Below the pieces are notes generated by a model, which was not told the DNA's origin, did not search any database, and worked only from the letters and a program-made list of their open reading frames with translations. From an uncultured Clostridia bacterium (GTDB taxonomy: Bacteria > Bacillota > Clostridia > Christensenellales > CAAEEZ01): DNA of 64,000 nt. Made by a program: the position numbers and the translations under genes. This document shows positions 25,022-34,371 of this stretch, piece by piece (position 1 is the stretch's first letter; each line of letters starts with the position of its first letter). Where the stretch lies: the NCBI GenBank assembly GCA_934365195.1, contig CAKRNA010000008.1:3995-67994 (forward strand), in the 5' to 3' direction.

Positions 25022-25840
25022 TTAAATGTCTCCGTTAATAAATTTTAATAGTTTTTTCTCGTTTTGTTTGCGTACGAGGTCACGCATATTTTCGCAGTCT
25101 AACTGCCGTTCGAATAGGCACGAGCCTTTAATTCGGTGAGCCGTCCGTTCTTCGTAATTGCAATTCGCCATTAGGGCGCTGATGCGATTATTACTTGAAT
25201 AGATGGTTGGTTTTTTAGCATTGATACGAGTATTGATAAGATCAAACGCTATCGTTTGCAACCAACCCGTACCCGCTTTAACGTTTTCTGCGCCGATATC
25301 GTCCAAAAAGAGAAAGTCAACCGTTTCGGCTTTGTTAAGTACGGCAGATTGCGCCGAGTTGTTTCCAAAGCCTTCTTTTAGTTTTCTTTCAATCTCCACG
25401 AAACTGGTAAACAGTACGGTGTATAACTTATCCGCCAGGGCGTTACCCATACATGCGGTAAGATGAGTTTTGCCAACGCCGGGAACGCCGTAAAGATAAG
25501 CACCGACGCCCGCCGCGTACATTTTGTCCGCGTGAAAGCAATAGTTCCGACACATTTGATAGACTTCCTTGTTGTTAGGTATAATCGTAACCGTTTCAAA
25601 CGTACAGTTTCTAAAATGCTTTCCGAGCGCGCTGTTACGGCGGTATTCTTCCGCTTTTACTTTCCGTTCGTACATTTTTCGCTCGTTTTCGGCTTTTTTA
25701 TAAGCCTCTTCACGGCATTTGCAGGCGACGGGGAAATAAATGTCTTCAATACGGCATACCCTTGGCGTGTGGCAGTTTTTGCAATAGGCAAGTCCGTCGT
25801 CGCCCAAGTATTCGTCGGTTTGTAGTACAATCGTATTCAT
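25022..25840 (-). CDS. DnaC/IstB-like AAA+ ATPase (helicase-loader type) with N-terminal Cys-rich region
   Basis: Walker A GVPGVGKTHL. Walker B FLFLDDIGAE. N-terminal CKNC...CKC. Confidence 0.8.
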   Translation of the reverse strand: MNTIVLQTDEYLGDDGLAYCKNCHTPRVCRIEDIYFPVACKCREEAYKKAENERKMYERKVKAEEYRRNSALGKHFRNCTFETVTIIPNNKEVYQMCRNYCFHADKMYAAGVGAYLYGVPGVGKTHLTACMGNALADKLYTVLFTSFVEIERKLKEGFGNNSAQSAVLNKAETVDFLFLDDIGAENVKAGTGWLQTIAFDLINTRINAKKPTIYSSNNRISALMANCNYEERTAHRIKGSCLFERQLDCENMRDLVRKQNEKKLLKFINGDI

Positions 25841-25845
25841 CAATC

Positions 25846-26268
25846 TTATTCGCCCCAGTCGATACCGTAATTACTTTCGTAAGAAATATTATTTTTATCT
25901 ATTCTACTTACTGTATTATAGTTAGCGTTTTTAAGCGTATGTTTTTCGCGTTTTTGAGCGTTACCCACGCTTATTTTTGACAGCGTTATTGAAGAATTCG
26001 GTTTAATAATACGCTTACGATAACCATTATCGTCTGTAATGCGACTAACGGTTATGAGTTTGTAACGTTTAAGTACCCCTATCAATCTGCTCACCGATTG
26101 AATTGACAGGTTTAATCGCCTTGCAAAATACTTATTTGATGCAAAACAAAACCCGTCGGTTTGTGATAAGGCGCAAATCTCTCCATGCAGTATTTTTGCG
26201 CGTGGCGGAATAGAAGTGATAGAATTCACTTTTTCGTCCAGTTTTATGTAGTTCCTACTAGTTATCAA
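25846..26268 (-). CDS. Winged-HTH protein, replication-initiator/organiser-like
   Basis: TTG start after AGGAGGA. The segment AKILHGEICALSQTDGFCFASNKYFARRLNLSIQSVSRLIGVLKRYKLI is typical of phage/ICE replication HTH proteins that sit upstream of DnaC-like loaders. Confidence 0.55.
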   Translation of the reverse strand: MITSRNYIKLDEKVNSITSIPPRAKILHGEICALSQTDGFCFASNKYFARRLNLSIQSVSRLIGVLKRYKLITVSRITDDNGYRKRIIKPNSSITLSKISVGNAQKREKHTLKNANYNTVSRIDKNNISYESNYGIDWGE

Positions 26269-26364
26269 CGTGTTTCCTCCTGCTTATATGTTTGTTAGCA
26301 ATATTGCGAACACTCGGGTAAAATTAAAAAGGAATCGGCAATTCCTTTTTAGGAAGGGAGCAGA

Positions 26365-26838
26365 CTAATCTTCTACGTCGGCGTCAGCCACTCCTTTTGA
26401 TATAAGACCGTCAACGGCTGAAATTATCGCAAGCGATTCGTCTTCGTTGTCGACCACTAGCGAATCCAAGTTGTCCACTTGCATTAGTTTGCGTACTACT
26501 AGTCTGGAAAATTGATTTTTGCGTAAGAATTCAGCCATATCGGGAGCAAGTTCCTTTCTTCCTAATCCGATCAATTCCATAACCTCATACTCGGTGTTTT
26601 CATTCACTCTGTAAGCAGAAAGGATTTTCTTGAGAACCTCGCCTACGGGCGGATAGCGTCTGTCGTTTTCAAGGTCGGAAAGATATGCCGGGGATATTCC
26701 TATTTCTCCACAAGCACCACGGAGCGACAAATTGCACCTTTCTCTTAACTTCTTTATCATTTTTCCGAAGGTAACGCCTTCTGCGTTTGCAATTACTGCG
26801 CCGTCTTCTCTTCTTGGCATAGCCTTATATTTTGCCAT
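26365..26838 (-). CDS. XRE-family HTH regulator of the island
   Basis: KKLRERCNLSLRGACGEIGISPAYLSDLENDRRYP. Confidence 0.75.
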   Translation of the reverse strand: MAKYKAMPRREDGAVIANAEGVTFGKMIKKLRERCNLSLRGACGEIGISPAYLSDLENDRRYPPVGEVLKKILSAYRVNENTEYEVMELIGLGRKELAPDMAEFLRKNQFSRLVVRKLMQVDNLDSLVVDNEDESLAIISAVDGLISKGVADADVED

Positions 26839-27136
26839 AGTCTTACTCCTTTAATATATGTTCGCATTTTTGCTTACATTAGTATTATATGCAACTTAAA
26901 GTCATTTGTCAACAAAATTGCGAACATTTTTTAAAATATTTTTTAATTATGTTTATTAGAATTGATAATTTACATATGAACAGGGGAAAACATGCCGTTA
27001 CAGAAAATCGTTTGACTTTTTGAAATTATTTTTTATAAAGCGATGAATTTTTGACCAAAACAAACGAAATAAATTATCGTATAGTTGGCAGTTTTTCAAA
27101 TAATAAATCGAATATTGCTTATATACGAGCAAATTA

Positions 27137-27173
27137 TTGACAAAAAGACTAAAATGTGCTAATATATTAGCAC
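27137..27173 (+). promoter_or_regulatory. hipBA promoter with overlapping perfect 18-bp palindromic operator; near-leaderless transcript
   Basis: TTGACA (27137-42), 17 nt, TAATAT (27160-65). The palindrome GTGCTAAT-AT-ATTAGCAC spans 27156-27173. The ATG is at 27175. Confidence 0.65.
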
Positions 27174-27174
27174 T

Positions 27175-27465
27175 ATGGAAAGAAAATTTGATATAAGCGA
27201 TTTCGTAAACGCACCCACTATTCAATCGACGCTCGTTTCTTTGACCGACAGGGTTAAAGCGCGCAGAAAGGAATTAAAGTTATCTCAAAAAATCCTTGCA
27301 CAAAAGTCGGGGGTTTCTTACGCGTCCGTTCGACGTTTTGAAAGCACGGGCGATATAGCGTTCGTATCCTTATTAAAAATCGCAAGCGCGCTCAATTGTC
27401 TTGAAGATTTCAACGCGCTTTTCGGCAGTAGAAGAATAACCAACTTAAAGGACTTGAAATTATGA
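27175..27465 (+). CDS. hipB: HipB-like XRE antitoxin
   Basis: HTH LSQKILAQKSGVSYASVRRFESTGDI. There is a 4-nt ATGA overlap with hipA. Confidence 0.75.
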   Translation: MERKFDISDFVNAPTIQSTLVSLTDRVKARRKELKLSQKILAQKSGVSYASVRRFESTGDIAFVSLLKIASALNCLEDFNALFGSRRITNLKDLKL

Positions 27466-28565
27466 TTAAAGACGTAAAAAAAGTTACGGTTAAGTATAAC
27501 GGTCGCACAGTCGGATATCTTGCCGAAATTGAACCGTCCGTCATCGCCTTTCAATACGACGATGCCTGGGTGAAAAACGGCTTTTCTATATCTCCTTTAT
27601 CGTTACCTCTCAATAATGCCGTTCTCGTTAGCAAAAAAGACTTATTCGCGGGATTATACGGCGTGTTCTGGGATTCTCTCCCCGACGGCTGGGGCGAATT
27701 GCTGATGAATCGTTTATTGAGCAAGAAAGGAATAAATCCCAACAAAATTTCTATTTTAACCAAGTTGTCGCTCGTGAATAAAAACGGTTTAGGCGGATTG
27801 ACGTACGAACCTACTCAACCTTTTGAATACGAATACGGCAATTTTAATTTTGACGAACTGTCAAAGGAAATCGAAAAGATATTAAACGACGAAAACGAAC
27901 CCGTTGATTTGGATTTGGTTTACGGTTTGGGCGGCTCCAGCGGCGGCGCAAGACCAAAGGCGCACATTAAACTAAACGGCGAAGAATGGATTGTAAAATT
28001 CGCTTGCAGAATCGACCCGAAAAACGTAGGCGAAAAAGAATTTATCGCAAACCAAACTGCCGAAAAATGCGGTATCAACGTAAACGAATATAAACTGTTT
28101 CCGTCCAAGTTATGCGCGGGCTATTTCGGAGTAAAGCGATTTGACCGAAAAGGTGAAAGGCGTGTCCATACGATTTCGCTTGCCGCCCTTTTGGAAACTA
28201 CTCACAAAATACCAAACCTTGACTATATGCATCTATTCCAGGTGATTCAAACCATTAGTGCGAAACCTACCGATGATTTATACGAGGCGTTCCGCCGTAT
28301 GTGTTTTAACGTGTTCTATAACAACAAAGACGACCACGGAAAGAATTTTGCATTCATTTACGACGAAACGCTTAACGGCTACGCGCTTTCTCCCGCATAC
28401 GACCTAACGCGAGTACCCGATAAATATGAGCACGAAATGACGGTAAACGGCAACGGCAATCCGACCAAAGACGATTTGCTTGCGGTAGCAAAGGAATTCA
28501 GGTTATCTGTTACCAAGTGCAAATCCATAATGAATTCGATTGAAAAAATTTGCAGGGACATATGA
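27462..28565 (+). CDS. hipA: HipA-family serine/threonine kinase toxin (short form, 367 aa)
   Basis: A HipA N-terminal coupling region. The motifs GGSSGGARPKA and NKDDHGKNFAF match the HipA catalytic motifs. Confidence 0.85.
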   Translation: MIKDVKKVTVKYNGRTVGYLAEIEPSVIAFQYDDAWVKNGFSISPLSLPLNNAVLVSKKDLFAGLYGVFWDSLPDGWGELLMNRLLSKKGINPNKISILTKLSLVNKNGLGGLTYEPTQPFEYEYGNFNFDELSKEIEKILNDENEPVDLDLVYGLGGSSGGARPKAHIKLNGEEWIVKFACRIDPKNVGEKEFIANQTAEKCGINVNEYKLFPSKLCAGYFGVKRFDRKGERRVHTISLAALLETTHKIPNLDYMHLFQVIQTISAKPTDDLYEAFRRMCFNVFYNNKDDHGKNFAFIYDETLNGYALSPAYDLTRVPDKYEHEMTVNGNGNPTKDDLLAVAKEFRLSVTKCKSIMNSIEKICRDI

Positions 28566-28641
28566 TTTTCAGTATACTGAACATAATAGCACACATTTTG
28601 GTGACCTGGGTTTATAAAATGCCTTATTTTACCTAAGATTT

Positions 28642-28683
28642 GGCAACCAAATTTGGTGACCTTTTTGGTTGCCTTGGGTTTTT
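28642..28683 (+). terminator. Intrinsic terminator after hipA
   Basis: GGCAACCAAA-N12-TTTGGTTGCC followed by TTGGGTTTTT. The loop contains one TTTGGTGACC repeat. Confidence 0.6.
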
Positions 28684-28805
28684 GAACGCTATAAAAGTTG
28701 TTAAAAGACGTAAAAATTATGCAAAATACGGCGGGCAAACGGCGAAAATGACGCAAAATACGTATTTTAGGTATTTTGCAAACCCTACGTCAGGGGCAGA
28801 TATAT

Positions 28806-28850
28806 CCTCCTACGGGGCCGTTGTGGGTTCGATTCCCGCCGGGAGTACCA
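28806..28850 (+). other. 3' half of the disrupted tRNA-Arg(CCT); putative attR
   Basis: C CTCCTAC GGGGC CGTT GTGGG TTCGATT CCCGC CGGGAGT A CCA. It pairs with the 5' half at 15648-15688 (GCCCC/GGGGC and GCTTCCG/CGGGAGT). Confidence 0.75.
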
Positions 28851-28853
28851 AAA

Positions 28854-28888
28854 AACCTAAGCCTGTTTTGGCTTAGGTTTTGTTTTTT
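28854..28888. terminator. Bidirectional intrinsic terminator serving the former tRNA-Arg and the convergent 1022-aa gene
   Basis: AACCTAAGCC-N6-GGCTTAGGTT with A and T runs on both sides. Confidence 0.7.
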
Positions 28889-28914
28889 GGTAAGAATGTT
28901 TTTTAGCGTGTAAG

Positions 28915-31900
28915 TTAGGCGATTTTGACGGGCAAAACGCCGCTATAAGCCACGCCGGTTTCGTGGTCGTCTAATTGCTTATAAAGTGAATTCTCGCTTG
29001 AATTAGAGTACAAGAAGAAGTTAAAATCTTGTGTGCCTGCTGCAAGAGGCAAGTACGTGCCTTGGTCCTGCAAGTCTTTATCGTTAGTTTCTTTAAGGAT
29101 ACCGATATTCACGTCGTAACGGGTAAAATCTTTGTAACGAGTATCCAGTTTGGATAGGTCGATATTAGCGTAGTTTTTACCGCCGCCGTATTTTACCATT
29201 GCGCTACTTAAAAACTTCTCGTTATTTTCTATAGTAAATATATCGTCGTAACTATTATCGCCCTTGCTATGAGCAATATCCACAACGCTTTCTATCATCT
29301 TTTTAATATCCAGTTTGAACCTATCGAATTTTCCGCCCGCAAACACTTCCACCAGTTGCGAACTGTCCATATTGTTCACGGATTTCCAGTCGTAAAACCT
29401 CACGTCGCCCTCAAGCCTAATAGCGCTAGCAAACATCGTACCGCCTATCTTCCAGTTTTTAGCAAATTCTTCTAGCCCTGCGTCTAATAGGTTATCACCA
29501 TTAAGCACCGGACCTGAGAAGTTACTCTCCATACCCAAAGCAAATAGCCCGCTATTTTCCAGCACGCTGTTTTTCAAGGTCAAATCCGTCATAACGTACT
29601 TGTTGTAGAAGTATTCGTCGTTAAGGTTATAATCATTCGTTTTATAAGGCTTTCCGCCGGCGTCTAGTAGGTTTGGCTCGTCGCCGTTTATTTTGCAGGA
29701 CCTAAGCGCACGGTTAGAGCCCGTTTTAATTAAAAACTCTCTTGCTACGGATATAACCGAGCCGTTTATTTCCACCTTAATTCTATCCGCTTCGGCAATA
29801 TCGTTTCCGTCTAGGCTAGGCACAAAAAAGTTTTGTCCTTCCCTGTTTCCGCCAAACACCCTCACCGCAGTTTTGCCGTTTTTTATTCTGCAATTTAGCA
29901 CCTTGCAATCAGCGTTAATTTCCAGCACCGTGCCCACGTTATTTAAGCGGTTTAATTCTACCTTATCGCCCTCCACCAAACTCTCGTCAAAGCACCCTGC
30001 AAGCGTTACGTTGGACAATGTTACCCCGTCCGTCCTAATTAGGAACGATATATTATCCTGACCTGATATTTTCATTAGTTGGTTTTGGTTTAAATAGTAC
30101 CCAACCAGCGGCAAACTGCCCGTAAATATTAGCGGTTTACCCGTGGAATCCTCCGCTTTTGCAATATGTTCTGCATTTATCATATAGCCGTTGCCGTACA
30201 CGTTATTTTTAAATTCGATAGCGTATTTTACAGCGTTAGAACCGCCGGTCGCTTTTACGTAATCGGTATTATACGTGCTTGGCATAGTGTAAATTCTGCC
30301 CTTTCTTTCCTCAATAGAATAAGGCGTTTTGTTATCCTCTTTCGTGCCAAGGTTTATATTCCTTCTTAGCACAACGGGTTTTTGGCTATCGGTAGCCTTT
30401 TTAAGTTGGTCATAGTTATATACTTCCACGCCGCCTTTAACCGCCACAAAAGTGTACTTAGCGCAAATATTCGTGCCGTAATTTTGGTTGCCCTTCCACT
30501 CGGCTTTTATGGTTACTTCACCGGTCCTTTTTATCCTAAGTTTTAGCCTGCCTCCCTCTATTGTGGTTTCAGCAATACTATTGTTCGAACCGGTGATATT
30601 AAAGTCTTTTAATTCAGGGTTTTCGCCACCGATATTTTTAAGGCTAACGTCAAAGTAATAGTCTAGCCTTGCAAGTTTCATATCCACAAACTGCGTATCG
30701 CCTATTGCGTTTAGCCCCAAAAGACCATTCCCGTCGTCATCGTTAAACGCAACGCTACTTGCCCTACCGACTACGGTTACGTTCACCGTTTTTTCCAAAA
30801 CTTTTGTGCCGTTATAAGTTGCCTTGCATATCAAAACAAACATTTGCTTTGTCTTTGCTTTAACCTTTATAGCGCCGTTTCTAATATTTTCAATAGTTTG
30901 GTTTCCGCCTATCGCTTGCCACTCGTAAGTTATATCGGAAGGGTTGGTTACCGAACTTGCGTAGAACGTTACTTCATCGCCTAAAACAGCCGTTACTTTG
31001 TTGCCTGTTTGTTTAACCAAGTCGGTCTTTACAACAAAATCAAAAGGTATTTTTTTAGCAGGGAAAGTCTGCTCCTTTTCGTCTGCCGAAACCACTACGT
31101 TAAACTCGTCTACGCCCGTATCGTTATAGGTAATATCCAAATCGTACAGCCCCTCTTCCTTTGGGGTAATTTTCCAAGATTTAATCTCCGGATTATCTTT
31201 AATTACGGGCTCTCCGTTAGGCGAATATACTATCGATTTTGACGTAAACGTGACTTTATCTATCAAAAACGTGTGATTAGCCTCGCCGTTTATCAATATC
31301 GGCGAATCTACTTTTATAGGGCTTGCATTCACGGTTAGACGCTTCGTAACGGTCTTTTTGTCACGAACTACGAACTCTATTACCGACTCGCCCTTGCTTA
31401 AAAACGCCATAGTTTTGGTGGTTTTATCCACGATAACGTTGCCGCTAATTACGTTTATTTCCACTTTGCTTTCTTTAAGCGGAATAGGTGAAGCCTCGTA
31501 ACTGTACTTACCCACGGCGACGTTTGATAAGTAGTTTTCACCATTAGTTTCAATAAGATTATTTTTGTGGTTTTCGTCCGCTATGTCGTACATACCCAGC
31601 CTTAAATCAAGCACCGAAGAGGACTCTACCACAACGTTCACGCTGTCCTTAAATCCGCCGTCGTTAGACACGATAGTTATCTTGGTAGAGCCTAGGGACT
31701 TAGCAATTAGCACGCCGTCCTTAGTTACCGTAGCCACCTTTTCGTCGCCTACAACAAAAGAATATTTTTTGTTCGATGCGTTAAGTGGGAACACGTTTAC
31801 GTTGAATTTTTTGTCATTATTATACGAAGCCATATCCACGTACATAGTTGGCTCTTTATCCTTAATTTCTATTCCGTTTACGGGAACGTTCACTTGCAAA

Positions 31901-31983
31901 CTACTAACCTGCACCACCGAAAAAACGGTGAACATAAATATTAGCGGAATAAGTAAAACAAGCGCTATTATCATTTTTTTCAT
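28915..31983 (-). CDS. Large secreted or membrane-anchored protein with Big_2-type Ig-like domains and a C-terminal parallel beta-helix-like region
   Basis: N-terminal signal anchor. VATVTKDGVLIAKSLGSTKITIVSNDGGFKDSVNVVV is Big_2-like. Repeated NxxVxNC/G strands occur in the C-terminal half. Confidence 0.7.
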   Translation of the reverse strand: MKKMIIALVLLIPLIFMFTVFSVVQVSSLQVNVPVNGIEIKDKEPTMYVDMASYNNDKKFNVNVFPLNASNKKYSFVVGDEKVATVTKDGVLIAKSLGSTKITIVSNDGGFKDSVNVVVESSSVLDLRLGMYDIADENHKNNLIETNGENYLSNVAVGKYSYEASPIPLKESKVEINVISGNVIVDKTTKTMAFLSKGESVIEFVVRDKKTVTKRLTVNASPIKVDSPILINGEANHTFLIDKVTFTSKSIVYSPNGEPVIKDNPEIKSWKITPKEEGLYDLDITYNDTGVDEFNVVVSADEKEQTFPAKKIPFDFVVKTDLVKQTGNKVTAVLGDEVTFYASSVTNPSDITYEWQAIGGNQTIENIRNGAIKVKAKTKQMFVLICKATYNGTKVLEKTVNVTVVGRASSVAFNDDDGNGLLGLNAIGDTQFVDMKLARLDYYFDVSLKNIGGENPELKDFNITGSNNSIAETTIEGGRLKLRIKRTGEVTIKAEWKGNQNYGTNICAKYTFVAVKGGVEVYNYDQLKKATDSQKPVVLRRNINLGTKEDNKTPYSIEERKGRIYTMPSTYNTDYVKATGGSNAVKYAIEFKNNVYGNGYMINAEHIAKAEDSTGKPLIFTGSLPLVGYYLNQNQLMKISGQDNISFLIRTDGVTLSNVTLAGCFDESLVEGDKVELNRLNNVGTVLEINADCKVLNCRIKNGKTAVRVFGGNREGQNFFVPSLDGNDIAEADRIKVEINGSVISVAREFLIKTGSNRALRSCKINGDEPNLLDAGGKPYKTNDYNLNDEYFYNKYVMTDLTLKNSVLENSGLFALGMESNFSGPVLNGDNLLDAGLEEFAKNWKIGGTMFASAIRLEGDVRFYDWKSVNNMDSSQLVEVFAGGKFDRFKLDIKKMIESVVDIAHSKGDNSYDDIFTIENNEKFLSSAMVKYGGGKNYANIDLSKLDTRYKDFTRYDVNIGILKETNDKDLQDQGTYLPLAAGTQDFNFFLYSNSSENSLYKQLDDHETGVAYSGVLPVKIA

Positions 31984-31984
31984 A

Positions 31985-33664
31985 TTAGCAGCCCCCTGAT
32001 ACTTCGTAGTATTTTTTCTTAAGTTTTCTAATCATATACGCCCAGCCTAACACCGCTAAAATCACCGACGTTAGCGCCGATATTACGTAAGTAATCGTAT
32101 TTGAATATACACCTTTTAGGCTTTGCGATATTTTAAAATATAGCAGCAATGCGCCCACAAGCGAGGTGGCGATAAGCCCGAACGTAATCACCCTGCTTAC
32201 AAGGTTTGTAGCCCTATCTCCGCCTTTATCGGTAAAGTCCGGAAAGTTTAGGTTGCTCCTTGTAGCAAAGCAAATTTGGGTAAAAGCAATCAACACGCCG
32301 ACTATTAGCACCAAGAACGCTCCACCCACGTTTACGTAGCCGGTTGCACCCAGCACCACGGCGTTTGCAACGTTACTGATAAATGCCACGATTAGTGCGG
32401 TTAAAACCTTTACCATCATCACTTTTTTGCCACTCACGGGCATTGCTTTAATAGAGTAGAACATTTCCCTATCCCTATTTATTCCCGTTGCGCAGAACGT
32501 ATTTGTAAGCGATACGAACAAAACGGTAAGGATAAGCGCAAGTTCCAGCGAGGTATTTACGCCCACAAGCGACTTAACCATATCCGCCGTAAGACTTACC
32601 GAGAAAAACACGATAAGCGGCATAATTAGTGCCACCGACAAATAAGAAAACGCATAACCGGGCGTTCTAAATATTATGATAAACTCCTTTTTCATTAACG
32701 CAAAAGCAGGGCTTTTTTGTTTTTTAAGCCCGTTGTGTTTGCGGTTAAAGTACAAACTATCCGTTCGGCTTTGCATAGCGCTATTAAACAGCATTTTAGT
32801 AACGATTAGCGTAACTATAATGCAACCTATGGTTAGCCCGATGCTTGCCGAGAAGTTTACCCAAAAGTTCTGCCCCAGCGTCATTCCACTAAGCCAGCAC
32901 GCCGGATAAGTATTTTTTGTAAAATTTATTATTAAATTCATACGCCTTTCGTCAAAGAAATAGCGTATATCTTCGCCAACGAGGATTTTTTGAATGCCGC
33001 CTAATAGGTAGCAATAAGCAACGATAAATCCTGCAATTAGCAAGTTTACAATAAGGAAAGACAAAGTAAATCTCTCCTTTAAAAACATTATTATTTTTCT
33101 AAGCGGCAACACTATAAACGACGCCACCGTAATAGACAAGAACGGCAAAATAAAGGTAACAAGTAGCGAGCCGAAGTAGTACCCCACGCTCTGTTCCAGT
33201 TTAACTGCAAAAGTTACGTTTACGGTAATAATAAACGCAATACTTACGATAAGTTGCCTAATATACACGCTGATTATTTTGGAAAAATACAGGCTGGTAT
33301 CAGGTATCGGCATTGCCGAAAACAGCACGTTTTCCTCCCTAAACAGCAATTTGTTCAGTTGTACTGCTCCGCTAATTATCATAATAATGAAAATAGCGTT
33401 GTACAGCATGGTCAACATTTCGTACGCCCTCTTTCCGTAGTCCTTCACGCCGTATATTTTCACGTTTAAGTAAATATCGCTAAACCTATTGAATATGCTT
33501 ACGAATATTGCAATATAGCCTGCGAATATCAAAATTTTTAAAACAAAACCCAGCACGTCGGTTTTTTGGGATTTTAGTTTGTTCCAAAACTCCGTGCCTT
33601 CCTTTTTCAGTAGTACGTTTGTCAACTTAACGTTTAGTTTTAATTTCTCTGTCTTAGTATTCAT
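31985..33664 (-). CDS. ABC transporter permease, polytopic (ABC-exporter type)
   Basis: About 12 hydrophobic helices. It overlaps the ATPase gene stop and lies 1 nt before the next gene. Confidence 0.7.
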   Translation of the reverse strand: MNTKTEKLKLNVKLTNVLLKKEGTEFWNKLKSQKTDVLGFVLKILIFAGYIAIFVSIFNRFSDIYLNVKIYGVKDYGKRAYEMLTMLYNAIFIIMIISGAVQLNKLLFREENVLFSAMPIPDTSLYFSKIISVYIRQLIVSIAFIITVNVTFAVKLEQSVGYYFGSLLVTFILPFLSITVASFIVLPLRKIIMFLKERFTLSFLIVNLLIAGFIVAYCYLLGGIQKILVGEDIRYFFDERRMNLIINFTKNTYPACWLSGMTLGQNFWVNFSASIGLTIGCIIVTLIVTKMLFNSAMQSRTDSLYFNRKHNGLKKQKSPAFALMKKEFIIIFRTPGYAFSYLSVALIMPLIVFFSVSLTADMVKSLVGVNTSLELALILTVLFVSLTNTFCATGINRDREMFYSIKAMPVSGKKVMMVKVLTALIVAFISNVANAVVLGATGYVNVGGAFLVLIVGVLIAFTQICFATRSNLNFPDFTDKGGDRATNLVSRVITFGLIATSLVGALLLYFKISQSLKGVYSNTITYVISALTSVILAVLGWAYMIRKLKKKYYEVSGGC

Positions 33665-34370
33665 TTAAGAATATTTCCTCTATATTCTTTCCTTCGTTTT
33701 GCGCCTCGGCAATATTAACGTTTAACACCACCGTTCCTCTGTTTATAATCACCACTCTATCGCACAATTTTTGCACGGTATTTAGGTTATGCGACGAAAA
33801 AACAATGCCGTTACCCATACTTGCGTACTCTTTCATATATTTGATTACGGCATTCATTGTGATAGGATCAAGTCCAAGCATAGGTTCGTCCAAAACCCAT
33901 AGTTTAGGCTGATGAATAAGCGAGCCTATCATAGATATTTTTTGTTTCATACCGTGAGAATAAGAAGATATCAGATTATAAATAGGACCGCCTAGCCTAA
34001 ACACCTCTTGCAATTTCTCCAGCCTTTCTTTTCTTTCAGTAGTGCCAACGCCGTAAATATCCGCCAAAAAATTCACGTATTCAACGCCCGTCATAGAGGT
34101 AAATACAGCGTGGTTATCGGTTACAAACCCCATATTCTTTTTGGCTTTTACGGGCTCTTTTACTATGTCACTACCCATTATGGATATAGTGCCCTCTTCA
34201 AAAGGCAACACCCCTTCCATACACTTAATTAGGGTAGACTTGCCCACGCCGTTATGCCCAAGCAAGCCCACAATTTCACCCTCGTTGCAGGTTAAAGACA
34301 CCCCTTTTAGCACAAGGTCGGCTTTTTTAGAATATCTTTTCTTTAATCCCTCAATCTTTAGTACTTCCAT
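33654..34370 (-). CDS. ABC transporter ATP-binding protein
   Basis: Walker A GHNGVGKST. Signature YSHGMKQK. Walker B LWVLDEP. Confidence 0.9.
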   Translation of the reverse strand: MEVLKIEGLKKRYSKKADLVLKGVSLTCNEGEIVGLLGHNGVGKSTLIKCMEGVLPFEEGTISIMGSDIVKEPVKAKKNMGFVTDNHAVFTSMTGVEYVNFLADIYGVGTTERKERLEKLQEVFRLGGPIYNLISSYSHGMKQKISMIGSLIHQPKLWVLDEPMLGLDPITMNAVIKYMKEYASMGNGIVFSSHNLNTVQKLCDRVVIINRGTVVLNVNIAEAQNEGKNIEEIFLNEY

Positions 34371-34371
34371 A

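Larger units (their letters stand above)
15689..28805. mobile_element. ~13.1-kb integrative island inserted in the anticodon loop of tRNA-Arg(CCT). It carries tRNA-Arg, defence genes, int/xis, a replication module and hipBA.
   Basis: It is flanked by the two halves of one tRNA gene that share the core CCTCCTA-N-GGG. A tyrosine integrase lies inside. TGGTGACC repeats occur near both ends. Confidence 0.7.

Noticed and set aside
25203-25980. + strand ORFs of 72-120 aa within the island replication genes
   Set aside because: They are antisense shadows of the DnaC-like and HTH genes, which carry clear motifs on the minus strand.
28640-28876. 78-aa + strand ORF across the island's right arm
   Set aside because: It spans the hipA terminator, the arm-type repeats and the tRNA-Arg 3' half. 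It has no RBS.
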